DNA of 64,000 nt from Eledone cirrhosa (GCA_964016885.1 OZ024753.1:8742001-8806000), one strand, 5' to 3'. Counted from the first letter of the stretch, positions 13,459 through 26,565 are shown. The notes: a model not told the origin generated them from the sequence alone. Program-made: numbers and translations.

Positions 13459-13651
13459 ACATTGATGGTTTAAGGAAAAATATAAGAAAAGGTACAAATG
13501 AGTAAGAATGAACGGGAAAAATGGGATTATAAAGAGAACAAAGGAAAAAAAATATATATATATTTTCCTTTGTTTTCTTTATAATCCATTTTTCCTGTTC
13601 ATCCTTACTCATTTATACCTTTTCTTATATTTTTCCTTGAACCATCAATGT
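13459..13651. repeat. Long inverted repeat (about 90-bp arms)
   Basis: ACATTGATGGTTTAAGGAAAAATATAAGAAAAGGTA... pairs with ...TACCTTTTCTTATATTTTTCCTTGAACCATCAATGT around a short TA centre. Confidence 0.9.
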
Positions 13652-14721
13652 ATTATTTGTCTCCACCAGGTTGACTGGGATACCAACTACTTGATTGTTT
13701 AATTTTTACAATCGTTACATTAGATACTTTAAATATTGCTTGTCATTCTCGACAAGGAGCCAGTTTTTTCCATGGGAGTCATTACAAGTTAATATTCAGC
13801 TCTGAACCCAATCCCTAATATGAATATACACTTTGTCAGATAGATTTATTCTTGACATATTGACTGTTGTATAGTTTTATTAACCATATCAGTAGGTAAC
13901 TTTCTCAATTTGGGGTTGATGGCCTGTATATTATCCCACCATAAACGGGTAGCGGGTACGAATGCACTAAATTCTGCTGGCCACCAAAGTTTAGCTGGTC
14001 TGAACTCCAACTGATCATATAGAGTTGTTGGTCAAGGTGGTGAGGGAGGGACTGGTACATAGAGAAAACACATAACGTTGTTGGTGTTCTTGGTTGTAGT
14101 CGAGTGGTCAGCCACCCACATCCCTTGGGACTAAGCAGGGCTGTCGGTAGGTCCTGAGAATCAGAAGGGAGCGGGCACTCAAAGCAAAAACACATTTTTT
14201 CAGTCTGCTTCCTTCCACCTAAAATTACATCGGAAATGTTACCTAAGATCTTGAATCTTCTATCCCTGTAGTGGTAGTAAGTTATTTCCCCAACACTCAA
14301 CATGTAAATACCAGAAATAATATGATAAACTTGGAGAAGAAGACGTAAAGCAACAAAGAAATATAGAAGGGAAGTTGAAAGAGAAGAGGTGGAGTGAAAA
14401 GAAGGGAAATGAAGAAAAGTAGAAAAGGAAAAGGAAAGGGTAATGAAAAGGAGAGGATAAAAAAACCTGTTGTATTCTTCAAATCCTAGACAGAAACTTC
14501 AAAAATTATTCATATTTTTTATCAATGAATGCCGCTTGCATTGAATTATGCTTTAATTAATTATAGGTTTATAATATTTAGATTAATAGGTATAGATTAA
14601 TTTCTACGGCAATCGAATATTATAAATATTCCAGATAAATCTTGTCGAATGCTTCTAATCTATTGTAAAATTGAATTTGTTGAATAATCAACGAACCATA
14701 TAAACCATTGGTTATATCATC

Positions 14722-15049
14722 ATTTCATCATCATTTCATTTTACGTCCACTTTTTCCCTGCTTGCAAGGGTGGGATGGGAACTGATTCTTCTGGTTTGAT
14801 TTCTACAGCTGGATGCCCTTCCTAACACCAACCTCATTTACAGTGAGTGCTGCGTGCTTTTTTGCCGTGGCACCTCCACCACCACTTTGCAGTGGAATGA
14901 TATAGACCCCAGTCCCTATCATCTCATTTCTACAGCTGAGTTAACTGGAGCAATGTGAAATAAAGTGTCTTGCTCAAGGAAACAACACATCACCCGGTCT
15001 GAGAATTGAACTCACAGCCAATGCTCTAACCACTAAGCCATGTGCCTCC
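14722..15049 (-). mobile_element. CORE-type SINE with RTE-derived 3' tail
   Basis: tRNA-like head GGAGGCACATGGCTTAGTGG, CORE-like CCTTGAGCAAGACACTT, tail CCCACCCTTGCAAGCAGGGAAAA..GGACGTAAAATG. Confidence 0.85.
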
Positions 15050-15050
15050 A

Positions 15051-15113
<63 letters not shown>

Positions 15114-15192
15114 TATAATAACAGATTAAAGTTTAAGCAAAGAATCGTTGCTTTCACCCTTAACAGAATCTTCTGAATTTTAGTCTTCACAT

Positions 15193-15224
<32 letters not shown>

Positions 15225-15662
15225 CACTCATTTACAATGATTACCTCCCTTCCTAAACCTCTCTAACACGTATGAAACCTCTTGACCAGCAAATATCCAA
15301 AATGGCTGACTGAATATTCAGGTGTGTTTTGTTTTTGTTATTTTCGTTTTCTTTCCTGTTCCTTCTTCTTCTCACTCATTATCTTTCTATTTTATCATTT
15401 ATTTCCAACTCTATCTTCTGATGAACGATATTAAAACTTTTTTCCTGCTATTTCAAGCGTTAAACTAATATATTTCTTCAATGTACTGTGTCAGTTGCTT
15501 TGTTATATTAGTTTACTTTTTACACACCCACGCACATACCCCCCCCCCCCACACACATATATGTATATATGCTTAGAAAATATAGAAAATCTCAAATACA
15601 AGATGATAGCTCTGTTCACTACTATCTTCCTGCATTCAAGATTTTTCTACATTTTCTAAGCG

Positions 15663-15701
15663 TGTATATTTATATGTATATATATATTTATATATATATA
15701 A

Positions 15702-15746
<45 letters not shown>

Positions 15747-15777
15747 TATATATATATATATAAGTATATATATAAGT

Positions 15778-15809
<32 letters not shown>

Positions 15810-15931
15810 GTATGTATATATATATATATGTATGTATGTATATGTATATATAAATATATATATATGTATATGTATATATAAATAAATATATATATATGTA
15901 TATGTATATATATGTATATATATATATATAA

Positions 15932-15962
<31 letters not shown>

Positions 15963-15982
15963 AATATATATATATGTATATA

Positions 15983-16074
<92 letters not shown>

Positions 16075-16326
16075 TATATATATAAATATAAATATAAATA
16101 TATATAAATATATTTATATATATATATATATATAAATATATTTATATATATATATATATATAAATATATATATATAAATATATATATATAAATATAAATA
16201 TATATATAAATATAAGTATATATATATATAAATATAAGTATATATATATATAAATATAAGTATATATATATATATATATAAATATAAATATATATATATA
16301 TAAATATAAATATATATATATATAAA

Positions 16327-16370
<44 letters not shown>
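15663..16370. repeat. (TA)n/(TAAA) microsatellite block
   Basis: Seen directly. Confidence 0.95.
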
Positions 16371-16373
<3 letters not shown>

Positions 16374-16374
16374 T

Positions 16375-17175
16375 GTCAAGCTTGACATGAGGAATGCCTT
16401 TAACTGTTTATGCCGGGAGTATCTGCTCGATACCTGCCTCAGCTGAGCCCCCTCTGCCTACCCGCTGGCCTACCTGTCGTATGGAGCTCCGAGCATGCTC
16501 CTTGTTGCTGATACAGTCATACCTTTGGCCACTTGGCTCCAACAGGGCAACCCTTTGGGCCCCCTCCTGTTTGCCCTTGGTATAGACCACATCGCCTGGA
16601 GTATTACGGCCCCTCTCAACATTTGGCATCTGGATAATGCCATGTTGGGTGGGCCCGTTCAGACTGTCTGCCATGGCCTACAATCGGTGGTTCCTGCCTT
16701 GGCGGGAATCGGCCTCCAGGTCAACTCAGCCATGTCGGAGGTGGGGAATGTCACCCACAATGCTGTGAGCTTTGCAGCCTCCATCTCGGACGTGCGGTCC
16801 ATCCTCCACCAGGTACAGGTGACCCCCCAAAGAGGATGTCCTCATCCTTGGGTCACCGATCCAGCCGCCGGCCATCTTCTCCACCATCAAGTGCAGGCTT
16901 CAACAACTCCAGACCCTCATGAGCTGACTGGCCTTGATTGACGGCCACCCAGCTCTCTTCCTGTTGAGGAACTCCTTCGCCATGCCAAAGCTCCTCTATA
17001 CCCTTCTTAGCGCTCCATGCTACAGCAACACATCTCTCCTCGCTGACCTCAATACTTGTATCTGAGCAGCAGCCAAGGAGATATGCAACATCAGATTTGA
17101 CAACATTGGATAGCAACAGGCCACGTTACCTGTCAAGCATGGCGGCCTTGGCCTCCGGTCCGTGAACTCACTGGC
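16375..17175 (+). pseudogene. CRE-clade (RLE-type) non-LTR retrotransposon RT fragment, frameshifted
   Basis: QQGNPLGPLLFALGI...LNIWHLDNAMLGG...IGLQVNSAMSE, then LLRNSFAMPKLLYTL and QATLPVKHGGLGLRS. GC-rich compared with the flanks. Confidence 0.85.
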
Positions 17176-17194
17176 TTTTATATATATTTATATG

Positions 17195-18757
17195 GTGAAA
17201 GCTAGGGGTTGATAAATGGCTTGTTAGAGCTATACAAGCCATGTATAAAGAAACAGTCAGCAAGGTTAGAATTAACAACGAATATAGTGAAGAATTTAGC
17301 GTAAAAGTTGGTGTTCATCAGGGCTCTGTCCTTAGTCCCCTCCTATTTATTATTGCCCTTCAGGCTATAACAGAGGAGGTCAAGACCGGCTGTTCATGGG
17401 AACTTCTATACGCAGATGATTTAATGCTCATAGCTGAATCGATGGCTGAACTAGAGAAGAAATTCCAAACATGGAAGCATGGCCTAGAATCAAAAGGCCT
17501 TAAAGTTAACTTGTCTAAGACTAAAGTTCTAGTATGTAGGAAGGAAAATAGGGGACAGGTCCCCTCTGGGAAATGGCCATGCTCAGTGTGTAGGAAAGGA
17601 GTAGGCAGAAATTCCATTTTATGTTCCAAATGCAAAGTATGGGTGCATAAAACATGTAGTGGGATCACAGGTAAGCTAACTAAGAACATAGATTTTATAT
17701 GTGGCCGGTGCTCAGGTGCAATAAGTAGCAGCAAGCGCCCACAGAATACTAGCTCTTTCAATTGCACAGATGGTTCTATAGAAATAGTGGACAGCTTCTG
17801 TTACCTGGGTGACAAAATCAGCAGTGGGGGAGGGTGCTCTGAAAGTACAGTAGCTAGAGTCAGAACTGGATGGAAAAAGTTCAGAGAGCTTATTTGCTTA
17901 TTTATACCACTATTGGCCACTAAAGATTTTTCCCTAAAAATAAAAGGCAGGCTGTATGATGCCTGCATACGAACAGCTATGTTACATGGCAGTGAGACCT
18001 GGATATACGCAGACTAGAGAGGAACGAAGCTTGCATGCTCCGCTGGATGTGTAATAGTAATATACGCAAACGGCAAAGCATAAATGAACTAAGGGAGAAA
18101 TTAGGAATAAGAGGAATCAGATGTTGTTTACTCGAGAGAAGGCTACGTTGCTATGGTCACGTGATGCGCATGAAAGTTGACAGCTGTATAAAAAAATGCA
18201 GGGCGATCAAAATTGACGGAAATTACAGAGTAGGTAGACCCAGAAAAACCTGGGATGATGTGATAAATTCCGACCTTACACACTTACACCTCTACAAGAC
18301 AATGTCACTGGATGGAGATCTTTGGCGCTACGCAGTAATATAGAAAACCTGCCTTGCCTAAGTACAAAGCGAAACCTACAGTCAGTAGGCACCTCTTAAT
18401 CAAATATACACCCCCCATCCCACTACCCCAACTCCTCCACCCCCACCCCCATCAACACCACCCCTTTCTCTCTAAAGTTATGTTGGTGCCACAACATCCA
18501 GTCATAAATAAATGAGGTCGTGTAGGTGTCACGGCAACAAAACACACAGTCCACGCTGTAATGTGGCCGTGTAGGTAACACAGTAAAAACCTTCCAGTCC
18601 ACACTGTAAACGTGGTTGGTGTTAGGAAGGGCATCCTGCAATAGAAAACCTGCCAGACAGTCATATACGAGCGAGACGACCAATGTTGCCTCAAGTGGGA
18701 AAATTCCCATCTAAACCCATGCTAGCGTGGAAGATAGACGTTAAACGATGATGATGG
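17195..18757 (+). mobile_element. RTE LINE, 5'-truncated, with a disrupted RT
   Basis: ORFs 17241-18017 (VGVHQGSVLSPLLF, LLYADD, GLKVNLSKTK, FCYLG) and 18035-18343 (RLRCYGHVMR, GRPRKTW), followed by a 3'UTR and a GATGATGATG tail. Confidence 0.95.
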
Positions 18758-19392
18758 TGAACTAAAATTTGAACTAAAAGTAGATGGACTTCACATTTAT
18801 TTTTAGCTATATAGAATCATCTCCTGATATCCAGCAGATTGGAGATGCCCTGAAGTGCTTTCATTTTCAAAAGTTCTACAGAACAAACAAAAGAATTTAA
18901 ATGTATTAATTTATTTGTAATCTTTGATCAATGTGTAGCTGAGTCTATTGGTCAAGCTACTGGACACTATTGATGGCTTCACAAATTAATGTATGATCAA
19001 TCAAGCTTCTTCAAGTGCTTGTAAAAGTTCAATTGAAATGTAAGTTGTTCACAGTGATGTCTAAGATACCTATAAACATCACCATAATGAAAACTCACAA
19101 AACACATAAATACTACACTACACCTACTACTAGTACTACATTACCTTCCACAACCCCTACTGTCACCATTACCACCACTATTATCACCATCACCACCACC
19201 ACTGCCGCAACCGTTAACACTACCATCACCACCATCATCGTCATTACCACCTTCACCATCACCCCTACCACTTTTTTATTGTTCATTTAGGAGAAAAGCC
19301 CTTGTTCATGACCATTTTTAGAGCATTTGAGACATTTGAGAAAGTTATCCTTAAACTGGAGACCTGGTTCCAATGCTTACAAGAGAATTGAC

Positions 19393-19737
19393 CAGGGATT
19401 CCCAACCATTTTTGCATCATCGCCCACTTTCACATGGAAAAATATTCCACCAACACCCACCTGTATAGTAAATATTCAAAAACACAGCAAAAATGTTTGC
19501 TAAAAGTTTGTTACTGGTTCATTATTCCTATTTAGCCTTTTGTTGTTGTTTTTTTCATACAGGGTCTTTGTATATCTTCTTTGAATATTTGTTTTCGAAT
19601 AGCATTTGTTGAGATACTTTCTTATTACTCAAAATCCTATATCAGCCATCATTTTCTGTTCAGTTGCTCATTACCCACCAACAGTTGAAATCACCCACAT
19701 GTGGGTGACATCACCTCACCCAGGATAGGAAACCCTG
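19393..19737. mobile_element. hAT-type MITE
   Basis: CAGGGATTCCCAACC ... GGATAGGAAACCCTG imperfect TIRs. A related start lies at 19935. Confidence 0.55.
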
Positions 19738-21309
19738 ATATAGACCCTTGCTAAAGACATTCAAGGGCCTGTGAATGATGCTGAGCTGAATGATGTTATA
19801 AGCCAGTCATGGGTGACCTGCGGCCCGTTGCCCTCAAAGTTTTCTGAATGGCTTGCCTAAATCAGAAAAGAAAAAATATTTGCCATCGTCGGACAACCAT
19901 GTAATTTTCAATATGCATCAGAGCCGATCTACAACAGAGTTTCCCAACCTTTTTTCAGCCATCGCCCCCTTTGGGCACTAACTCAACGAAAGAAAAGTAT
20001 TGATTTAATGTTCATTTTCTGCTTCCACTGCTAATAACGACTTGTGATAATTCAGAGCCTGTAAACACATGTAGCATTCATGTAACGTTGTCAAGCACGA
20101 TTAACGGAATTTTCAAAGTATAAGTGTGCCGAGTGGTGTATTTTTTTTTAAAATTTAAATTTTTGATGTCAAAGCTAATGTTCAGGTTTGTTATCAAAAT
20201 CTCGTAGATTCGATATTATGTGAGATAAAGCCTTTACCATGAAAATACAATACTAAATATAGAGTAATGTAAATGCTAAAGGGTTAAAGAGTTCTTAGAA
20301 CTTGAATCAGAGTATGGTGACCTTGTTTACTACTGTGTAGTTCGTTGGCTAAGTAAACGGAAGATGCTTCACTTCAACCATTTTATGGCCTGAGAGAAGA
20401 GATATGTACCTGCTTAGAAAGGAAGGATAAATTTGTTCAAGAGCTGAAAGGTAACTGGATTTGTGACTGTGCCTTCCCCGTGGATATAACTACACATTTA
20501 AATGATTTAAATTTAAAATGGCAAAAGCAAAATCAGTTAATTCATGAGATGTATTCTCATGTCAAAGCTTTTCAAACAAAACTTCAAATTTGGGAGAATC
20601 AACTCAGGACTGGTGATGCTTTCCATTTCCACACACTAACCATTCACGGGTCAACGTCAAGATATGATTTTGCTGTTGAGCTAAATGCAGCTAATAGAGC
20701 TTCAGAGTGATGAATTTCTTCGGCAAAAATTTAAAGAGGAATCTTTGATACATTTTTATGGAACTCTGCCCGAAGAAACTGACCGAAATTAGTGTGCTTT
20801 GTTAAAAGATATGACACCATGTTTGGTGGCATATGTAAATAAACAATTTTGCAAACTTTCGTTGAAAGTCAGGTTTTCAGTATTTAAATATATTGGCGGA
20901 TATTCATATGTTTTGTTTCAAAAACAAACGTTCAAAGTAATTATTTTTGCGCTGATTTATATATCAGTATAATAAAATCTACGATTAAATGAAAGTGAAA
21001 TCTTTTGGAGTTAAACGAGCTGAAAAAAAAAAAAAGAACTAAACACCAGATTTAGTGACTTCAGAGCTAGAGCTGCTGGTTTTAATCTTTTCGGAAACCC
21101 CTTTCACTCTGATGTTGAAAAAGTTCGAAAGGAATTACAAATGGATCTAATTGAGTGATGAGTTTCTTCGGCAAAAATTTAAAGACGATACATTTTTATG
21201 GAACTCTGTCCGAAGAAACTACCCGAAATTAGCGTGCTTTGCTAAAAGATATGACACCATGTTTGGTAGTACGTATAAATGCGAAGAACTCTTTTCTAGA
21301 ATGAAAATA

Positions 21310-21486
21310 ATTGTTTCTATTGTTGGCACAAGGCCAGCAAATACCCCAGTGCATTACTGGTACTTTATTTTGTCGTCTCCGTAAGGATGAAAGGCAAAGT
21401 TAACCTTGGTGGGATTTGAACACAGACCATAAATGGGCGTAACTCTATGCTTGCAAAGCATGGCGCCAGACCCTCTACCGATACTG
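21310..21486 (-). mobile_element. Meta-type SINE inserted in the hAT transposase remnant
   Basis: Family motifs begin immediately after the FSRMK codons. Confidence 0.8.
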
Positions 21487-21915
21487 AAAATAATAAAGTC
21501 GAAAACCAGGGGAAGATTGACTGATATTCATCTGGAAGGCAATTTACGAGTTGCAACATCGTAAATTTTTGTAAATATTGTGTAACTCAGAAAATGTACA
21601 ATACCAGGTTTCTCGTTAAAATTCGTGAGTAAATTATTCCTATTTACATCAATAACAAATGGATGATAAATACGACTTTACTTGTCTATATTTTGTTTAG
21701 CAGTGTTTTAGTCATAACTGAATCAACTATCTTGAATTTATAAAGAATACCTTCAACAATTTTCTATATTAGACATTTTTTTATTTATTCTAGGTAGGTT
21801 GTAAACAACAACAAAATTTTAATTGAATATATCATAGATTAACAGTGACATAGCTGCATGGTTTAACTCAATCCCATTACTGCCCTAGGGCTTGGTGACA
21901 CAGCCACAAGGATTA

Positions 21916-22487
21916 TGGTCCGAACACGGAAGGGTCGAACTCCCACTGTCATCGCCTCCATCTCTCTCGCATACCAGGTCCGATCACGGAAGAGCCGAAC
22001 TCCCACTGTCATCGCCTCCATCTCTCTCGCTCTCCCCATCTCTCACGTACACCAGGTCCGAACGTGGAAGAGCCGAACTCCCACTGTCATCGCCTCCATC
22101 TCTCTCGCCCTCCCCATCTCTCACGTACACCGGGTCCGATCACGGAAGAGCCGAACTCCCACTGTCATCACCTCCATCTCTCACGTACACCAGGTCCGAT
22201 CACGGAAGAGCCGAACTCCCACTGTCATCGCCTGCATCTCTCTCGCCCTCCCCATCTCTCATGTACACCAGGTCCGAACGTGGAAGAGCCGAACTCCCAC
22301 TGTCATCGCCTCCATCTCTCTCGCCCTCCCCATCTCTCACGTACACCAGGTCCGAACGTGGAAGAGCCGAACTCCCACTGTCATCGCCTCCATCTCTCTC
22401 GCTCTCCCCATCTCTCACATACACCAGGTCCGAACACGGAAGAGCCGAACTCCCACTGTCATCGCCTCCATCTCTTTCGCTCTCCGT
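21916..22487. repeat. GC-rich minisatellite, 78/60-bp units, about 8 copies
   Basis: Unit ACCAGGTCCGAACGTGGAAGAGCCGAACTCCCACTGTCATCGCCTCCATCTCTCTCGCCCTCCCCATCTCTCACGTAC. Confidence 0.95.
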
Positions 22488-22590
22488 TTGGTGAGCAAAT
22501 GGGGTCCCCCCACGTGCTGGCTTCCCGACGGCCCCGGCGGACAGAATGGAGAAGGCGTTTCCACGGAGGATGGTAAGGGAGATGCGGTGG
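22488..22590 (-). mobile_element. CRE-clade element ORF end
   Basis: On -: RISLTILRGNAFSILSAG, homologous to 57705-57800. Confidence 0.75.
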
Positions 22591-23464
22591 TTTAGTGTGG
22601 TTCAGTCGAACTATTTTCCACATCTATGCTGCTATTTTTTTTCTTTTGATTCCGGGTTGTTATAATTCAGGTCAAATTAATTTGTTTTTCAATTTCTTTC
22701 TATTCTTTTCTTTATCTTTTAAAGTTTCTTTCCTTTAATCATAAATAGATAACACGTACTTGTTTCTACTTTAGGCACAAGGCCAGCAATAAACGAGTAC
22801 ATTACTGGTACTTTATTTTATAGATAGATAACACGTAATTGTTTCTACTTTAGGCACAAGGCCAGCAATAACCCAGTACATTACTGGTACTTTATTTTAT
22901 AGATAGATAATCATAGATAGATAACACGTAATGTTAAATGCACATATAATTTTAATTTTTTTTTTAAATTGTTTATTTACATTTTTTAAACATTTTCCCC
23001 AAGTACCAAAGTTTGAAATGATTCGACTAAACCACATACATAACAATGATTAGGTACGATATTTCTTGAATTTTGCAACCTTTCGTTGAAAGTAAAGTTC
23101 TCAGTATTCAAAAATATTGGCTGATATTCACGTGTTTTGTTTTAAAAACAAACGTTTATAATATTTGGTCATCAAGTATGAAATTTGTAGAAATTTGGTT
23201 TTTTTTTTTCTACAAATTTCTACAAATTTCATACTTGACGATCCCACAATCCTTTTCTCCGGAGAAAGATTCTTGGCTCTAATTTACATAGCAGGATAAT
23301 AAAATCTACGATTAAATGTAAGTGAAATCTTTCTGCTTTTTTTTACCCCAACTTTTCAGTCGTAATTTATCTTTCTATCCTTTTTACAATCGAGCAAAAC
23401 AACGTGTACGAATTCTGAAGAAACAAATCAAAACAACCTTATTTTGAAAACAATACTGAAAACA

Positions 23465-23950
23465 TCAGTATAACTGGTCACACCTAGTTTAAGCAGAAAG
23501 AGGTGATAGAATTCTAGCCAGATATAGCCATTTTAACCCTTTAGCATTTACATTATTCTATATATACTGTTGTATTTTCATGGTAAATGCTTTCTTACAT
23601 AACTATATCACATAATATTGAATCTATGAGATTTTGATATTATTTATTTTGAGAACAATACCTTAACATCAGTATGAGTGGGTAGTTGCAGCCAGTTTAA
23701 ACAGGGAGAGGTGAGAGAATTCTGGCCGGATATGGTCGGTTTAACCCCTTAGGATTTACATTATTCTATATTTACCATTGTAATTTCATGGTAAAGGCTT
23801 TCTTACATAACTATATCACATAATATTGAATCTATGAGATTTTGATATTATTTATTTTGAAAACAATACCTTAACATCAGTATGAGTGGCTGGTCACACC
23901 CAGTTTGAACAGAAAGAGGTGAGAGAATTCCGGCCAGATATAGCCATTGG
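23465..23950. mobile_element. Tandem piggyBac-like MITE copies
   Basis: TTAACCCTTTAGCATTTAC at about 23533 and TTAACCCCTTAGGATTTAC at about 23741, with near-identical internal sequence. Confidence 0.8.
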
Positions 23951-24009
23951 ACAGGACATCAGTCCATCTCAGAGTTAAAGTGTCTCAAGACTGGTGGCTA
24001 AATAGGTCT

Positions 24010-24850
24010 GTGCTTATCCTAGTTTTCCTGGCATTAACCAACTGGGAGTACAAGACTCTCTCCTGGATAGAAAGCTAGTCCATTGCAGTGTTAAAGTCTC
24101 TCTCAAGCATGGAAGCTCATCGGGCCAGTGTGTATCCCAGTGTCCATGACATTAGGTGACTGAGAGTACAATACTCTCCCCTGGATAGAAAGCTAGTCCA
24201 TTGCAGTGTTAAAGTCTCTCTCAAGCCTAGAAGCTTACCAGGCTGGTGTTTATCCCAGTTTCTATGGCATTAACCAACTGAGAGTACAAGACTCTCCCTT
24301 GGATAGAAAGTTAGTCCATTGCAGTGTTAAAGTCTGTCTCAAGCCTAGAAGCTCACCAGGCTGGTGTTTATCCCAGTTTCTATGGCATTAACCAACTGAG
24401 AGTACAAGACTCTCCCTTGGATAGAAAGTAAGTCCATTGCAGTGTTAAAGTCTGTCTCAAGCCTAGAAGCTCACCAGGCTGGTGTTTATCCTAGTTTCTG
24501 TGGCATTAGGTGACTGAGAGTACAATACTCTCCCCTGGATAGAAAGCTAGTCCATTGCAGTGTTAAAGTCTGTCTCAAGCCTAGAAGCTCACCAGGCTGG
24601 TGTTTATCCTAGTTTCTATGGCATTAGGTGACTGAGAGTACAAGACTCTCCCCTGGACAGAAATGCCAGTCATTCAAAGTGTTACAATCCACCACCAAGC
24701 TATTCCCAGGACACATTTTCAGCTCAGTATACTGAATCAACATGAAATGGAGTATCTTGCTCAAGAGCACAACACACAACCTAGCCATGTAATCAAACCC
24801 ATGACATTTCGATGGTAAGTTCGACACACTTACCACTAAGCTACACTCTT
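24010..24850 (-). repeat. SINE whose 3' (V-domain-like) segment is amplified as a 118-bp tandem array (about 5.5 copies)
   Basis: GAGAGTACAAGACTCTCCC recurs every 118 bp. CORE and tRNA head lie at 24715-24850. A single-copy relative is at 34745-35005. Confidence 0.8.
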
Positions 24851-25256
24851 TCACCAACCATCTATTACATCTACATAAACTCTGTTGTTGGTTTCCTGAA
24901 AATTATTTAAGAAAAGAAATATGTAAAGGCTCTAATGAAATAACTTCAGCTGCAGCTTTTAAGAAATAATAAACACCCCAAAAATGTTGCACGAACACAT
25001 AATATATTTTATCCATAAAGAAAGATGGAGAGCAGATGGTAAATATTACAGGCCTATCTCTCTCTGACTGTAAATATTATCAAGGTCATGTAATGAATTA
25101 TCAGGAGAGTGGATATACTCTCAGAGGAAGAATCACTTACTCAATCATGTTTGGTATGGTATCTATCAAAATAGAGGCTCTTTTATACAGATGTTGCATC
25201 ATTGTGAATATAAATATGCACATACACACGCACACATATATATATATATATATTTG

Positions 25257-25592
25257 TGGCACATGGCTTATTGGTTAGAGCATTGGCCTTGCAATCGAAA
25301 GGTTGTGAGTTCAATTCTCAGACCGGGTGATGTGTTGTTTCCTTGAGCAAGACACTTTATTTCACATTGCTCCAGTTTACTCAGCTGTAGAAATGAAATG
25401 ATAGGGACAGGGGTCCATATCATTCCACTGCAAAGTGGTCGTGGAGGTGCCACGGCAAAACAGCACCCAGCACTCACTGTAAATGAGGTTGGTGTTAGGA
25501 AGGGCATCCAGCTGTAGAAATCAAGCCAGCATCAGTTTCCGTCCCACCCTTGCAAGCAGGGAAAAGCGGACGTAAAATGAAATGATGATGAA
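25257..25592 (+). mobile_element. CORE-type SINE with RTE tail
   Basis: Near-identical to 26589-26925. Confidence 0.9.
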
Positions 25593-25598
25593 ATGATA

Positions 25599-25800
25599 AG
25601 GCGCATGGCTGAGTGGTTAGAGAATTGGATTCGCAATTGTGAGGTTGTCGGTTCGATTCACAGATCAGGCAATGCGTTATGTCCTTAAGCAAGACACTTT
25701 ATTTCACGTTGCTCCTTCTACCTGGAGTTGAGAGCGATAGATAGTATTAGCAATTGGAAAGACCAATGGGAACATTGTTTCCTCAGTCTGATTTGATGAA
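25599..25800 (+). mobile_element. CORE-type SINE, third family (GGAAAGACCAATGG 3' part)
   Basis: tRNA head GGCGCATGGCTGAGTGG and CORE. Its 3' part recurs at 48410-48610, 55035-55115, 55530-55640 and 55875-56005. Confidence 0.65.
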
Positions 25801-25839
25801 GTCGATCGTTCCTTTATATATATATATATAAATCAGAAT

Positions 25840-26030
25840 GGATGCAGTAAAAACAAATTAGACCTTAGTCACCAGAGTACTTGATACTTGGGGTAGTAGA
25901 GTGGGTAATATAAAGGATTTGGGACCCCGACAGCTGAACTCCTGCCTTTTCAACAGCTATATCTGAACTGTTCAGATCAGGCTGTTGAAACAGCGGGAGC
26001 TCAGCCATCGGGGTCCTGAATCCTTCGTAT
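25840..26030. mobile_element. Penelope-like fragment with fold-back palindrome (same family as 6126)
   Basis: GGGTAGTAGAGTGGGTAATA flank; hairpin 25913-26025 centred near 25969; GAAAC-AGC...GCC-ATC-GGGGTCC. Confidence 0.6.
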
Positions 26031-26037
26031 ATACAGT

Positions 26038-26565
26038 ATCATCATCATCATCATCTTCGTTTAACGTCCATCTTCCACGCTAGCATGGGTTTAGACGGGA
26101 GTTGTCCCACTTGAGGCAAGGCTGGTCAGGTGACCATGTCTCGCTCATATAAGACTATCTGGCAGGTTTTCTATGGCTGGATGCCCTTCCTAACACCAAC
26201 CACATTTACAGTGTGGAACTGGGAACTTTTTACCGTGTTACCTACACGGCCACATTACAGCGTGGACTGTGTGTTTTTTTGTCGTGACACCTACACGATC
26301 TCGATCTCATTTTCTCATGCTGTTGGTGGGAGTGGGAGGATAGGGTAGGGGTAGTGGATTGAGGTGTATATTTGGTTAAGAGGTGCCTACTGACTGTAGG
26401 TTTCGCTTTGTACATAGGCAAGGCGGGTCTTCTGTATTACTGCGTAGTGCCAAAGATCTCAGTCCAGAGACATTGTCTTAGAGAGATATAAGTGTGTGAG
26501 GTCGGAATTTATCAGATCATCCCAGGTTTTTCTTGGTCTTCCTACTCCGTAACTACCATCAATTC
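26038..26565 (-). mobile_element. RTE LINE 3' end
   Basis: (CAT)n tail, 3'UTR motif, and a GRPRKTWDDLINSDL-like end. Confidence 0.9.

Larger units (their letters stand above)
19804..23440 (+). mobile_element. Fragmented hAT (Charlie/SPIN/GTF2IRD2-like) transposon fossil with nested insertions
   Basis: TIR-like start at 19804. Transposase remnants: FLELESEYGDLVYYCVVRWLS (about 20290), DITTHLNDLNLKWQKQNQLIHEMYSHVKAFQTKLQIWENQL (20480), YPKLACFAKRYDTMFGSTYKCEELFSRMK (about 21220, dimerisation-domain-like). The extent is uncertain and may include more than one copy. Confidence 0.8.

Noticed and set aside
15410-15470. CTGATGA-ACG...CGT-TAAAC possible hammerhead
   Set aside because: GAAA is mutated and there is no convincing stem I or III. 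At best it is a decayed copy.
20480-21384. Domesticated GTF2IRD2/ZBED-like host gene
   Set aside because: Frameshifts, stops, an internal duplication and a SINE insertion indicate a dead hAT transposase.
21892-22595. Repetitive 200-226 aa ORFs
   Set aside because: The minisatellite is open in all three frames and is explained as a CRE 3'UTR expansion.
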